From the NCBI GenBank assembly GCA_029855935.1, contig JAGSHN010000017.1:8812-72811 (forward strand): 64,000 nucleotides of DNA, written 5' to 3'. A model generated the notes under the pieces. That model was not told the DNA's origin, did no database searches, and saw nothing but the letters and a program-made list of their open reading frames with translations. Origin of the DNA: Candidatus Thorarchaeota archaeon. GTDB lineage: Archaea; Asgardarchaeota; Thorarchaeia; Thorarchaeales; Thorarchaeaceae. A program made the position numbers and the translations under genes. Each line of letters starts with the position of its first letter. Position 1 is the first letter of the stretch. Shown here piece by piece: positions 37,461-46,336 of the stretch.

Positions 37461-38051
37461 CTAGGCGGAGCTGCAATCTATGTCGCAGACTGCTTGTTGT
37501 AGAACGAATACTTTGTGAGGTTCACTGCAATAGATGCGCTTCACGCCCTGACAGCCCTGACACAGGTAGGATCCCGAGGTAAATTCGGAAGCATTGTGCG
37601 TGCAACACTGGTATCTGCGCCGATTGAAAAGACTTCTATGGTCCCCTTCTCCATTCGGAGATGGTGCAAAGATGAAAATATGATTGCTGGTCAAGTTCTG
37701 TCCTTCGCACAAGACTTGGTACTCATGTGCAGAACCCTTTTTCCCAAGTCCCTCGCAATCCCTGTGCGAAGTAGTCCATTGGAAGGTCTTCTTTGATTGC
37801 CTTCTACGAACGTGAGGATGCCAGGGTCATCTCTTTCCTTGGAATCGAAGTTTCTTCACAATCCACGCCTCGGCTGACTTCTTGGCCTCAGCAGTATTCC
37901 GTCCGTGGGTACTGTAGGAACGAGGTTTCTTGTGGCATTCAATCTTGCGGGCTTGGATGTAGATAGTTTCGCCTCGAATCATGTCGCCGTGGCCCAGACC
38001 TATGAATCGATCTTTGTCACTCTGGCCCATCGGCGCGAAGAACCCCCTCAC
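37461..38051 (-). pseudogene. Cys/His-rich ORF interrupted by a single in-frame TGA (74 codons + TGA + 121 codons)
   Basis: Track ORFs 37827..38051 and 37461..37712 are in the same frame (38051-37712=339). I translated the 114 nt between them with no stop: PWHPHVRRRQSKKTFQWTTSHRDCEGLGKKGSAHEYQV. The only interruption is the TGA at 37829-37827. Confidence 0.4.
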
Positions 38052-38544
38052 TCACTAGTGTCCTTGTAATACGCATAACTTGGGCGAAGTCCAATCGTAG
38101 GTCTCGGGAAATATCCTGTGGCCATGCCTCCTGATGTTCCCGCATATACTCAATAATCATCTCTCGGGCTTGTTCGTCTTCGACGTCGAGCATATCCTCG
38201 GTGTCTTGGTCTTCGTGTCCTGTATGGCCCGTGTTGGTCAGTATCGTCAGTTGCTCTGCAATCTTCTTGACAATCTCAGTTTGTTCAGCCATCATCTTCT
38301 CGATGCGCTCCATCCTTTCTAGTATGCCTCGGTAAAGCGCACTGTTCTGCTCCATCTTCTGATGAGCCATTGCCATATCTGCCCGAATCACCACAATCGG
38401 TCTACCAGGCCCGTACTCAGGTGCAAGTTCGTGGTCTGAGTCGTCGCTTGGCGTCCATACTCTCATTCCGGCCCACTCGTCTGTAGAACCATAAGTCTCA
38501 ATGCTGTCGATATCCTCTTCACTCAGTGGATTCTGAAACATCAT
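38017..38544 (-). CDS. Hypothetical protein with C-terminal winged-helix DNA-binding-like domain
   Basis: 175 aa. Acidic N-terminus and a central coiled coil, then the C-terminus REMIIEYMREHQEAWPQDISRDLRLDFAQVMRITRTLVSEGVLRADG, which resembles a wHTH. Confidence 0.5.
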   Translation of the reverse strand: MMFQNPLSEEDIDSIETYGSTDEWAGMRVWTPSDDSDHELAPEYGPGRPIVVIRADMAMAHQKMEQNSALYRGILERMERIEKMMAEQTEIVKKIAEQLTILTNTGHTGHEDQDTEDMLDVEDEQAREMIIEYMREHQEAWPQDISRDLRLDFAQVMRITRTLVSEGVLRADGPE

Positions 38545-38905
38545 CAGTCACCTCATTCCGTTGTTTTTGTTCCTGCTCTTCAATTTCCCTTGCTACCTGA
38601 CCAAGTATCCGTGCAATTCTCCGTACAGCTCCAAACGGCAATATGATGGTTGTATGAATCGTCCTCTTGATCCGTGGGGGCCCCTCGAACGCAGTCTTTG
38701 AAACTCTCGGTTGAAGGCCAGTGCCGGCTGCAACAATCTCCTCCTCTTTGACTTGTTCTACAGGGACATCGTTGTAGAATGCAATCTTCAGGTGATGCGG
38801 CCATTGGATGTACGTCCTTACACCATTGGCATAGACCTCTCTATGATCCTCAGTTTGCTCATAGTCGATTATGGCGACTATTTTCTCGGCCTTCTCCTTC
38901 TCCAT
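38519..38905 (-). CDS. Hypothetical protein (128 aa)
   Basis: ORF with plausible composition that overlaps the downstream ORF start by 26 nt, an operon-like arrangement. No motif recognised. Confidence 0.4.
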   Translation of the reverse strand: MEKEKAEKIVAIIDYEQTEDHREVYANGVRTYIQWPHHLKIAFYNDVPVEQVKEEEIVAAGTGLQPRVSKTAFEGPPRIKRTIHTTIILPFGAVRRIARILGQVAREIEEQEQKQRNEVTDDVSESTE

Positions 38906-39709
38906 TCCGCGTGCCTCTAGAGAAACTCTTTGCGATTGGACTGTCTTAAGTCTTGTTCATAGGATACTGTCGCATCAATGCGTGCCAATCATTCTCGCTG
39001 TTGGTGGCCCCTCATAACCACCATTGCAGAATAGTTTGCTTGGTTGACAAGCCAAGGTGAGAATTCTGCTACCTCAACTCGCGTACCATTGACTCGGCAC
39101 GCGAAACGCTCCTGACAGAATGAGAGAAACTCTGACGGAACCATCCGCCAAGGCCAGCAGAAGAACAGTGGGACCAACTCGTGCAATTGATGGTCACATC
39201 ATTTCCATCAAAGTCAGGATTCGGGATGAGAGAGCCAGGTAGGTATTCCAGATTCAGAGTTCCCTATGGGGACTGTTCAAATCATACTTCCAGAAGAGTT
39301 CAATGTATGAATGGACGGAGAATCTCAGCACAGCCCTGTGCTCAGGCTCGCACGTACTCAGGGGTCGTGAGCTGGTCGCTCTCGCGTTGTGAGAAGATTG
39401 TTTGCTGCGCCCTAGTACGTTTCTATGTCCTTCATACTCTGAGGAACGTTCTCGCGGCACTCTTGCCAATGTCAGTCGGTCTGGTAGAACAGATTGCAAG
39501 GACTTGAGACTCAACCTCGGGAGAATCCCGAAATAGGAGAAATACTGTGACTGGGCATGCTCCGAGAATATGTTCATCCAGACGGTGGGAATCTCCACTA
39601 GCATTGGTGCTCGGCACAAGAATGGTTCACTCAGAGTATGCGAAGACTTTTACCTAACTATGAGAAGGAATAGTATTGTGCTGTTTCAGCAGAGAGGAGA
39701 AGTGGTGAC

Positions 39710-40114
39710 GTGAGCACCACATGGTTCATTGCAAAAGAGTATCTGAAACGACTGGATGTGTCCTTTGAGGAGAGAGGGAAAAAGACGTTCACACTGTATC
39801 CCGTGGGAAAGACTGAGACCAAGGAGATTGAGGTATTTCCGGGCGCAAACTGGATCACCCTCACCACGCGATTGATCGACCTGAGCCAGCTGCCAGCCAA
39901 GAAGCGACGCGAGCTCTGTGACAAGGTACTGCGTGTGAACGCGGCACTTGCAGAGGTGAGCTTCGGCATTGACAGAAAGGACTACCTCGTCATCCGCAAC
40001 GCAATCCCGGTCACCGGAATAAGCTACGATGCTTTCAGCTCAATCTATGAGGCGCATCTCAACGGCATTCGGTTTTTCCAGAAGAAGCTCTTGCCACAGG
40101 TCGTCAAGGAATAG
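39710..40114 (+). CDS. YbjN/CesT-like (type III secretion chaperone fold) small protein
   Basis: 134 aa with a GTG start. The pattern WITLTTRLIDLSQLPAKKRRELCDKVLRVNAALAEVSFGIDRKDYLVIRNAIPVTGISYDAFSSIYEAHLNGIRFF resembles the YbjN-family layout. By-eye call only. Confidence 0.45.
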   Translation: MSTTWFIAKEYLKRLDVSFEERGKKTFTLYPVGKTETKEIEVFPGANWITLTTRLIDLSQLPAKKRRELCDKVLRVNAALAEVSFGIDRKDYLVIRNAIPVTGISYDAFSSIYEAHLNGIRFFQKKLLPQVVKE

Positions 40115-40140
40115 GAACGCCCCTCAGTCGCAGAAGGAAC

Positions 40141-40160
40141 AGAGAGAAAAAATAGCAAGA
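40141..40160 (-). terminator. T-run downstream of the 1945-aa gene (convergent with the YbjN-like gene)
   Basis: The minus strand reads gctattttttctctct about 45-60 nt after the stop at 40204. Archaeal terminators are oligo-T tracts. Confidence 0.3.
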
Positions 40161-40203
40161 GAGGGGGAGCAGAAGGACTGGCCCTCAACTCCCATCCGCT
40201 CTA

Positions 40204-43200
40204 TTACCTTCTTCTGCGTAGGACGAGCACGACTATGATCACCAAGACGGCTCCCACACCAAGGAGGAGTACCGTCGTCTCTCCGCCGAAGGCGATACCT
40301 GATCCTCCAGTCGTGGGTATGGATGTCTCGGTAGTCATAAGGCCACCCCTACCGACGGTGTACGAGTAGGTCTGTGACTCGTAGTAGCCGCTGGCAGTCG
40401 ACACGCCGACCTTGAGGTAGACGGTCGTGCCATCCGGAAACGGTGGTACCGAACCAGTGTAGGTGGATGGCCCGGCTGATGACATCTCTACCGCCTGCCA
40501 GTTCTCCCCGTCAGTGCTGTAGTACAGTGTGACCGAGTCGACCAGCTCAGTGGAGTATATCTCAATGTATACTGTGACCGTGTCGCCCTCGGTGGGCAAC
40601 GCCGGGTCAATGCTCAGGGCACCGAACGTGACAGGCGATGGTCCGACTACAGATGTGCCACGAGAGGAGACGTAGCTGATGAACACCGGGTCCTGATAGA
40701 CACTGTAGCCGTCCCACTCCGGGAACCCGATGCTCACCATATACATGCTGCTGCTGAAGCTCCACGCGGTGGCAGACATTCCGTTGTCGGACTCGTATGC
40801 GTGCTCGAAGGTGCCCAGCGGGGTGGTGTAGCTCACGACATCATACGGGGCGGAGAGGTTCTTGCCCCAGTCGTACGTCGTTCCGCCCATTATCATCTCC
40901 GCGAAGCGGGCACCTGCAGTCTCAAGCTGGAAGGTGTCAGCGGCGACAGTGCTCTCAGTGTCGGTAAAGCTACCGTTGGCCTTGAACGCAAAGTCCGCAA
41001 GGTTCACCTCGGAGAAGTAGTTCAGTGCAAGGCTGCGATTCTCAAGGTTCCTGCGTCCGCCAAGGAGGTCAACGTCCCAGTTGCCGACGTAGTTGTCGAC
41101 CTTGATCCTCGCATGGTTGTTGATGTCCTCTGTCACGTTGGCGCAGAAGTGGACGAGAAACGACAGCTCATCAATCGTGACCCGAGTTGGTCGCTCGTCA
41201 AAGGTCCGCAGATCGCTGCCAGTCACCACACCAGCGTACCAGTCCCAGTAGCCGTACTGGGAGAACGGGAATACTGTGCCCGTGACGTTGAAGAAGGTGA
41301 CACCCCACGTCACCTCGTCTGTCAGGTTGAGATGCAGGTGGCCCGTGTCATTGTAGTCACCGTAGCCATAACCCGGAGTGACGAAGTCAACAGCGTCAAC
41401 GGAGTCCGGAATGAGGTAGTGCGTTAGCTCGCTGCTGGACGGGTTGTTCAGGTCAACCTGCATCAGCCCGTCGTTGTTGTCGTCCTCCCAGATCATCAGG
41501 CCTGAGAACTCATAGTGGACGCCGACGCCAAGCCAGTGCTCCACCTCACCCTCAGTATAGGACGTGCCGTAGCTCTGATCAATGCCGAAGCTCAGCCAAG
41601 TCCAGGTCTGGTTCTCCTCTGAGATCCAGTCCCAGCCCTGCTCCTGGGCCTCAGCGAGGATGTCGTCCCAAGTCACATTATTCACCATCCACGCAATGCC
41701 CCAGTAGCCAGGTGCGGGCTCACCGTCAGGTGACAACACCGTGTTGCGGATCTCAGTCATCTCGGTAGAGTTGACCGGGCTCATATCGCTGGCGTGGTAC
41801 CAGTAGAACGTCTCATTCCACTTGTACGACCACGCGAACATGTCGACACCCATCCACGAGTTGACGAACATCTCGTCGCCAAACTGTGAGCCATTGACAT
41901 CCCACATCAAGTTGATGTCCATATACTCCCACTCGTGCGACCACGTGTTCGTTGATGAGTAGACCTCAAGGACATAGTACTGGTCACCCTGCGTATTGAG
42001 GTCGCCATCAAGGTCGAGAGCTCCCGTCTCCGGATCCGTGGTCCAGAGTGACAGACCCCACAGACCGTAGTCGGGAGCACCGTATACGAGGGTATCCACG
42101 TTCTTGTAGAGGGTGCTCCGTATGGGCTCCGGGCCATACACGACGGGGTGACCCCACACTGGTACCCTCCGGTAGATCGCCTCCCACTTGGCGGTGGCAT
42201 TCACGGGTGTGCCCATGTAGGTGAAGTTGTAGATGGTCTTTGCGTCGAAAGTATTCACCATGTAGAGACGGTCACCGGAGTACGTCGCGTTCAGGACTAC
42301 GTAGGTGGCTATCGTACCCTGATGGACCTCATGCAGATAGTATCTCGTGGAGTTCAGGTCAAAGTAGTAGAACGTATCGTTGGTTGTATGGTAGAGCTCG
42401 ACCTTGTACGTGTTCACGACGTCGAGGTCATAGCCGCCGCTCTTGTACTCCCTGCCGTCGAGTGACCACCACACATAGTAGGAGATGTTGTTCTCCTTGA
42501 ATACGGTCGGCCACTCATCGGTGGACAGGAAGGTCGTACCGTTTGGTGCGAGGTACTCGAAGACGACCATCAGCTGGGTCGAATTGACGACCCAGACGGT
42601 ACCGTTGAGCAACTTGAGCAGGTTCGTCTTGTTGTCATACGGCTCAAGGTACGCATCGTAGGCCACCGTATCCACATGCGTGAAGGTCAGAGTGTCATCA
42701 TAGGTGCCAAACTTTGAGGTCTTGCCAATCTCCTGTGGATCCCAGATGTCGGTGCCATTGGCCGTCGCATGGGTCAGCAAGAGCTCGGTGACCGTATAGT
42801 TGATGGCATCGATGGTGACATAGTTGTTCGCCCCGTCCCAGTGGACTGGATAGAGAGTGTCATTGTACATCAACGACTTCTTGGTCGGAACAACTCCGCC
42901 CTGTGACTGGAAATGGTTGAGATCCCAGTCCGACTGTCCGCCTGCACCGGGGTACGGCATCTCGTACTTGATACCATCCTTCTCGTAGTACCAGAAGTTG
43001 TGCTGATACGCATCGACGAGGCGAATCCACTGGGAGTTGTACTCTCTGTACCAGTAGTATTCTGGCGCGCTGATCCGGTAGCGTGTGCCATCGATTGTTG
43101 CATAGTACTCCTTGGTGTCAGTGTCGTAGTCCACGCGGTAAAGTGTGCCATTCGTGTCCGTCATATAGTAGCACTCGTCACGGCTGGACCACCACCACCG

Positions 43201-46041
43201 GGAGATGTCAAGGACACTATCAAGACCGTAGCGCACGAACTGATGCTCTGTGTGCTCCCACGGAGAGATCACAATCTTGTCGTACAGTGTGAAGTTGTAG
43301 ACGTGATCTCTCTGGTAGGACGTGTCGGTACTCTGATGCACGTTGCCGTAGATGTCAATCCATGAGTAGTATTCCTGACCGCCGTACTCCCACACATACT
43401 CGTACTCCTGGCCTGTCAGGAACGACTCGCCGGGAGTGACGGTGACGTTGTAGATGTGTAGTGATGTGGTGTAGGTCGCAGGAATCTTCGTGCCGTTGAG
43501 GAGTTCGTAGTAGTAGACAGGCGTGTCGCTCTCGTGGTCCCAGTGATCATAGAAGAAGATCGTGGTGATAGGCTCATGGGTCCAGAAGTCCTCACTCTGA
43601 ACAGTCTTGACGAGATACTCCTGACCGTCGATGACTATGTACGGTTGTTCGTAGCCAGTGACTATCTCCGACGTGGGAACTCCACCATCGAAGACGTAGG
43701 CCAGCTTGTTGTACTCGACTGGGGTCATATATACCCGGTCGCCGCCGTAGTCAAAGCTGTACACCCAAGCCTCTTCCCAGGAGTACACCTCGTGCAGTCC
43801 CCACTCGCCCGTCTCATCCTCGTACCAGGTGAGATTCACGAAGGAGAAGTCCCACCAGTACTCGGATTCAGGCATCGTGTCGCTGAGGTTCACCTCGAAA
43901 GACGCGTAGAGGTCACCAAGGATGACCTGTTTCGTGAAGTTGCTCACGGTGGCGAAGACGGCTCCCTGTATCTCGGTCTCACGAGAGTGGCGGGCAGGGA
44001 AGTAGCTAACCCACTCGCCGGTCAGCTGGTTGTAGAACCACTCGGCCCAGTACCAGTCCTCTACCTGTTTCCAATTCCACATGGTGTAGTTGCCGTAGAC
44101 CCACTGCCACGCGTCAGCGCTCTCATTGTACTCGTAGTGCCAGCCAGTGGCGTTCTCCTCCACCCAGTCCCAGTGGAGACCGTACGTAAGGTTCCACTTG
44201 GTGGTGTAGTTGAAGAGCTTCATGCGGACTGTGCCATTGAAGTAGCAGAGTATGACGTAGTCAAGATCAGTCCAGACGGACTCGTTCTCGGACCACTCTC
44301 CCGTGCTGGCCTGCAGCGTGAACTTGACGCCATCAATATCATCCGCGACCTCACCGCCACCCTGCAGTGTCCCTTCAACGATGAAGTCTGACCCCTTGTT
44401 CACGTGCATCATCCAGCCCTCAGGCGGAGTGCCGTCGGGGTTGAGGATGTTTGCGATAGTCACAGGGGTCTCGATGGCCACCTTCCGCGCCATCTCAAAG
44501 CTCGTGAACGTGCCAAAGACGGGGTCGTTGTCCATCGCCACTTGAAATGGCATACCGTCGGCGGCCGTCACCTGGACATTAAGGTATATTGGATAGTCCT
44601 CAGTCTTGGGCATTGCATCTGTGAAGTGACCCACGAAGTCAACGACGTAGTATCGTCCGTTGTCGCTGTACGAACACAGCGACTCGTTCAGCTCGTAGAA
44701 CACGGGCAGGTCAGCGGGATATGGCTCACGAACCGTGATGAGCTCGTTCCACGTTCCCGGGACATAGTGATCGTACCGGTAGCCTTCGTACGAGTACATT
44801 GTTCCTACTGACCATGTACCAGAGGTGTGATTGTACAGTACGTCAATCTGGTAGGAGACAGTCACGTTGATGGTCTCGACCCAGTAGTCCCAGTCATTGG
44901 TCTGGTTATTCCACTCCATCATAAGCCGATTGATCTGGATCTCCTTGTACGGGGAGAGATAGATCTTCTGGCGCTCGGGATGCGTCCCGTACTTCATTAC
45001 GGGGACCTGATACGTCACAGTGCTGTTCCACACGTACGTCCCGAGAACAGGGTCGTAGACCCAGCCACCTGTACGGGCCTCTGTGGCCTCATACCAGTCC
45101 GTGACATTAGTCCAGACAACCATCGACTCCGGGATGGGAATCTCCACCTCGGTCGCGACTGGCTCCAGACCAGTTGAGTTCACGGTCATGACGAAGTCGC
45201 TGTTTCGCTGCACTGAGTAGATCGGATTGCCGGCCATGTCGAGCTTGTCGAAGATGAAGAGCCCGCCGAAAGATGCCCCGCGGGCCTGATAGGGATCGAC
45301 ACCGACAGCAAGCAGGAACCTCGACTGATAGTCACTCCAGACGCCGTTCCACTCGGTGTCATAAGCTCCTACAGAGAGCTCATACAGTCCGAGAATCGCG
45401 TCGCTCGTGAACCGCAGTACGAAGTCAAAGTAGAACGAGTACTGGTCGGAGTAGTTGGCGCAGGACGCTGCGTCAAGCTGTGCGAAGGTCCCTATTGGGG
45501 TGTCGGGTTGCTGTGTGTAGTTCCAGATGTTGCTCTCGACGGACCAAGTGGGAGACCACTCGTCCGTGGTGAATACCAGCCGAAAGTTCGCACTTATGTT
45601 GGTGGATACTGTCAACAGATTGCCATACACATCGACTTCCTTGATGGTGGCATTGCGACCCATCGCGTTGCGGGGAATGTTGACAGAGACTCTGATCCAT
45701 TCTCCAATGTTCACATAATCGTCAAACGTGACCTCGGTACCATTGGAGTAGTACACGTTGAACGTCGGTTTCGGGCCGAACATCCAGTTTCGGCTAGTCC
45801 ACGACCACTCATCAGTTGTGCTGTTTCGGTCGATGTGCCAGTTGACATCAGTACCAGTTTCACCCGATGGAGGAGGTGGCGGCGGTGGTGGCTCCTGAGT
45901 CACCGCTCGCACGGGCTCGACCGGGCTCGCTCCAGACTTGGCAGTGGCAGGAGGAGCATACACCGCGACGGAATAGAACATCGACACGGTGAACAGCATC
46001 ACAGTGATGAGTGACAGGATTCTCTTTGATTGCCCTATCAT
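40204..46041 (-). CDS. Giant secreted surface protein (1945 aa), W/Y/N-rich, one C-terminal Ig-like module, TM anchor plus RRRR tail
   Basis: Signal-like N-terminus ILSLITVMLFTVSMFYSVAVYAPPATA, then a poly-Pro stretch. About 50 N-x-S/T sequons by hand count and only about 5 Cys. The C-terminus is ...TTETSIPTTGGSGIAFGGETTVLLLGVGAVLVIIVVLVLRRRR. Colinear paralog of the upstream 2421-aa protein. Confidence 0.85.
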   Translation of the reverse strand: MIGQSKRILSLITVMLFTVSMFYSVAVYAPPATAKSGASPVEPVRAVTQEPPPPPPPPSGETGTDVNWHIDRNSTTDEWSWTSRNWMFGPKPTFNVYYSNGTEVTFDDYVNIGEWIRVSVNIPRNAMGRNATIKEVDVYGNLLTVSTNISANFRLVFTTDEWSPTWSVESNIWNYTQQPDTPIGTFAQLDAASCANYSDQYSFYFDFVLRFTSDAILGLYELSVGAYDTEWNGVWSDYQSRFLLAVGVDPYQARGASFGGLFIFDKLDMAGNPIYSVQRNSDFVMTVNSTGLEPVATEVEIPIPESMVVWTNVTDWYEATEARTGGWVYDPVLGTYVWNSTVTYQVPVMKYGTHPERQKIYLSPYKEIQINRLMMEWNNQTNDWDYWVETINVTVSYQIDVLYNHTSGTWSVGTMYSYEGYRYDHYVPGTWNELITVREPYPADLPVFYELNESLCSYSDNGRYYVVDFVGHFTDAMPKTEDYPIYLNVQVTAADGMPFQVAMDNDPVFGTFTSFEMARKVAIETPVTIANILNPDGTPPEGWMMHVNKGSDFIVEGTLQGGGEVADDIDGVKFTLQASTGEWSENESVWTDLDYVILCYFNGTVRMKLFNYTTKWNLTYGLHWDWVEENATGWHYEYNESADAWQWVYGNYTMWNWKQVEDWYWAEWFYNQLTGEWVSYFPARHSRETEIQGAVFATVSNFTKQVILGDLYASFEVNLSDTMPESEYWWDFSFVNLTWYEDETGEWGLHEVYSWEEAWVYSFDYGGDRVYMTPVEYNKLAYVFDGGVPTSEIVTGYEQPYIVIDGQEYLVKTVQSEDFWTHEPITTIFFYDHWDHESDTPVYYYELLNGTKIPATYTTSLHIYNVTVTPGESFLTGQEYEYVWEYGGQEYYSWIDIYGNVHQSTDTSYQRDHVYNFTLYDKIVISPWEHTEHQFVRYGLDSVLDISRWWWSSRDECYYMTDTNGTLYRVDYDTDTKEYYATIDGTRYRISAPEYYWYREYNSQWIRLVDAYQHNFWYYEKDGIKYEMPYPGAGGQSDWDLNHFQSQGGVVPTKKSLMYNDTLYPVHWDGANNYVTIDAINYTVTELLLTHATANGTDIWDPQEIGKTSKFGTYDDTLTFTHVDTVAYDAYLEPYDNKTNLLKLLNGTVWVVNSTQLMVVFEYLAPNGTTFLSTDEWPTVFKENNISYYVWWSLDGREYKSGGYDLDVVNTYKVELYHTTNDTFYYFDLNSTRYYLHEVHQGTIATYVVLNATYSGDRLYMVNTFDAKTIYNFTYMGTPVNATAKWEAIYRRVPVWGHPVVYGPEPIRSTLYKNVDTLVYGAPDYGLWGLSLWTTDPETGALDLDGDLNTQGDQYYVLEVYSSTNTWSHEWEYMDINLMWDVNGSQFGDEMFVNSWMGVDMFAWSYKWNETFYWYHASDMSPVNSTEMTEIRNTVLSPDGEPAPGYWGIAWMVNNVTWDDILAEAQEQGWDWISEENQTWTWLSFGIDQSYGTSYTEGEVEHWLGVGVHYEFSGLMIWEDDNNDGLMQVDLNNPSSSELTHYLIPDSVDAVDFVTPGYGYGDYNDTGHLHLNLTDEVTWGVTFFNVTGTVFPFSQYGYWDWYAGVVTGSDLRTFDERPTRVTIDELSFLVHFCANVTEDINNHARIKVDNYVGNWDVDLLGGRRNLENRSLALNYFSEVNLADFAFKANGSFTDTESTVAADTFQLETAGARFAEMIMGGTTYDWGKNLSAPYDVVSYTTPLGTFEHAYESDNGMSATAWSFSSSMYMVSIGFPEWDGYSVYQDPVFISYVSSRGTSVVGPSPVTFGALSIDPALPTEGDTVTVYIEIYSTELVDSVTLYYSTDGENWQAVEMSSAGPSTYTGSVPPFPDGTTVYLKVGVSTASGYYESQTYSYTVGRGGLMTTETSIPTTGGSGIAFGGETTVLLLGVGAVLVIIVVLVLRRRR

Positions 46042-46181
46042 TTTCCATCATCACCTGCTCTCGATTCACACGGATGCTGCCGTGACCCCCAGAGTGATGT
46101 TGGTGGCGGCTCCGGCAGGTCCAATGCATATCGACTAGTGAATACAGTATAATCTACTGGGAATTATTCGCGCAACCTGTG

Positions 46182-46190
46182 AATATAAGG
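46182..46190 (-). promoter_or_regulatory. TATA-like box CCTTATATT upstream of the 1945-aa gene
   Basis: The plus strand reads aatataagg, 141-149 nt upstream of the ATG at 46041. An identical 9-mer occurs at a similar distance upstream of the 2421-aa gene. Confidence 0.35.
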
Positions 46191-46280
46191 AAATCCTGTA
46201 TCATCCCTCATCAAGTTCTGAAATCACGTGCCACGGTAGAAGGACAGCAACACCAGTATTCAGGTCTGGCAGAAGAATAC

Positions 46281-46327
46281 GGAGAGAAAAAGAAAGGGAA
46301 GGCAACGGGCCCCAAGAGGGACCCGTG
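46281..46327 (-). terminator. Hairpin plus pyrimidine/T-rich tract after the 2421-aa gene
   Basis: The minus-strand transcript after the stop at 46337 reads CGGGTCCC-TCTT-GGGGCCCG (8-bp stem with one G-U pair), followed by TTGCCTTCCCTTTCTTTTTCTCTCC. Confidence 0.5.
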
Positions 46328-46336
46328 AACATTGCC

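Larger units (their letters stand above)
37399..39709. mobile_element. AT-richer island of short unknown ORFs and non-coding DNA; possible decayed integrated element
   Basis: 60-nt lines that I hand-counted here are about 42-50% GC, against about 70% for one line in mutL. The island contains a wHTH protein, a TGA-interrupted Cys-rich ORF, and about 800 bp (38906-39709) without a convincing ORF. I recognised no integrase, tRNA or flanking repeats. Confidence 0.3.

Noticed and set aside
37827-37829. In-frame TGA read as selenocysteine or programmed readthrough
   Set aside because: TGA is used as an ordinary stop by many genes in this window, for example nuoL and rpe. I saw no SECIS-like context, and the locus sits in a decaying AT-rich island. 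A nonsense mutation is the simpler reading.
38906-39709. ORFs 38989-39186 (-), 39181-39507 (+), 39254-39619 (-) and 39658-39969 (-)
   Set aside because: They have implausible composition (C/R/S/W-rich), they overlap one another, and they show no motifs. I treated them as non-coding or decayed sequence within the island.
43534-44391. 285-aa plus-strand ORF inside the 1945-aa gene; a similar 289-aa ORF lies at 49622-50491 inside the 2421-aa gene
   Set aside because: They are antisense to very long ORFs whose paralogy to each other supports the minus-strand frame. Their V/E/G/R/H-rich composition is characteristic of reverse-complement reading of W/Y/N/T/D-rich genes.
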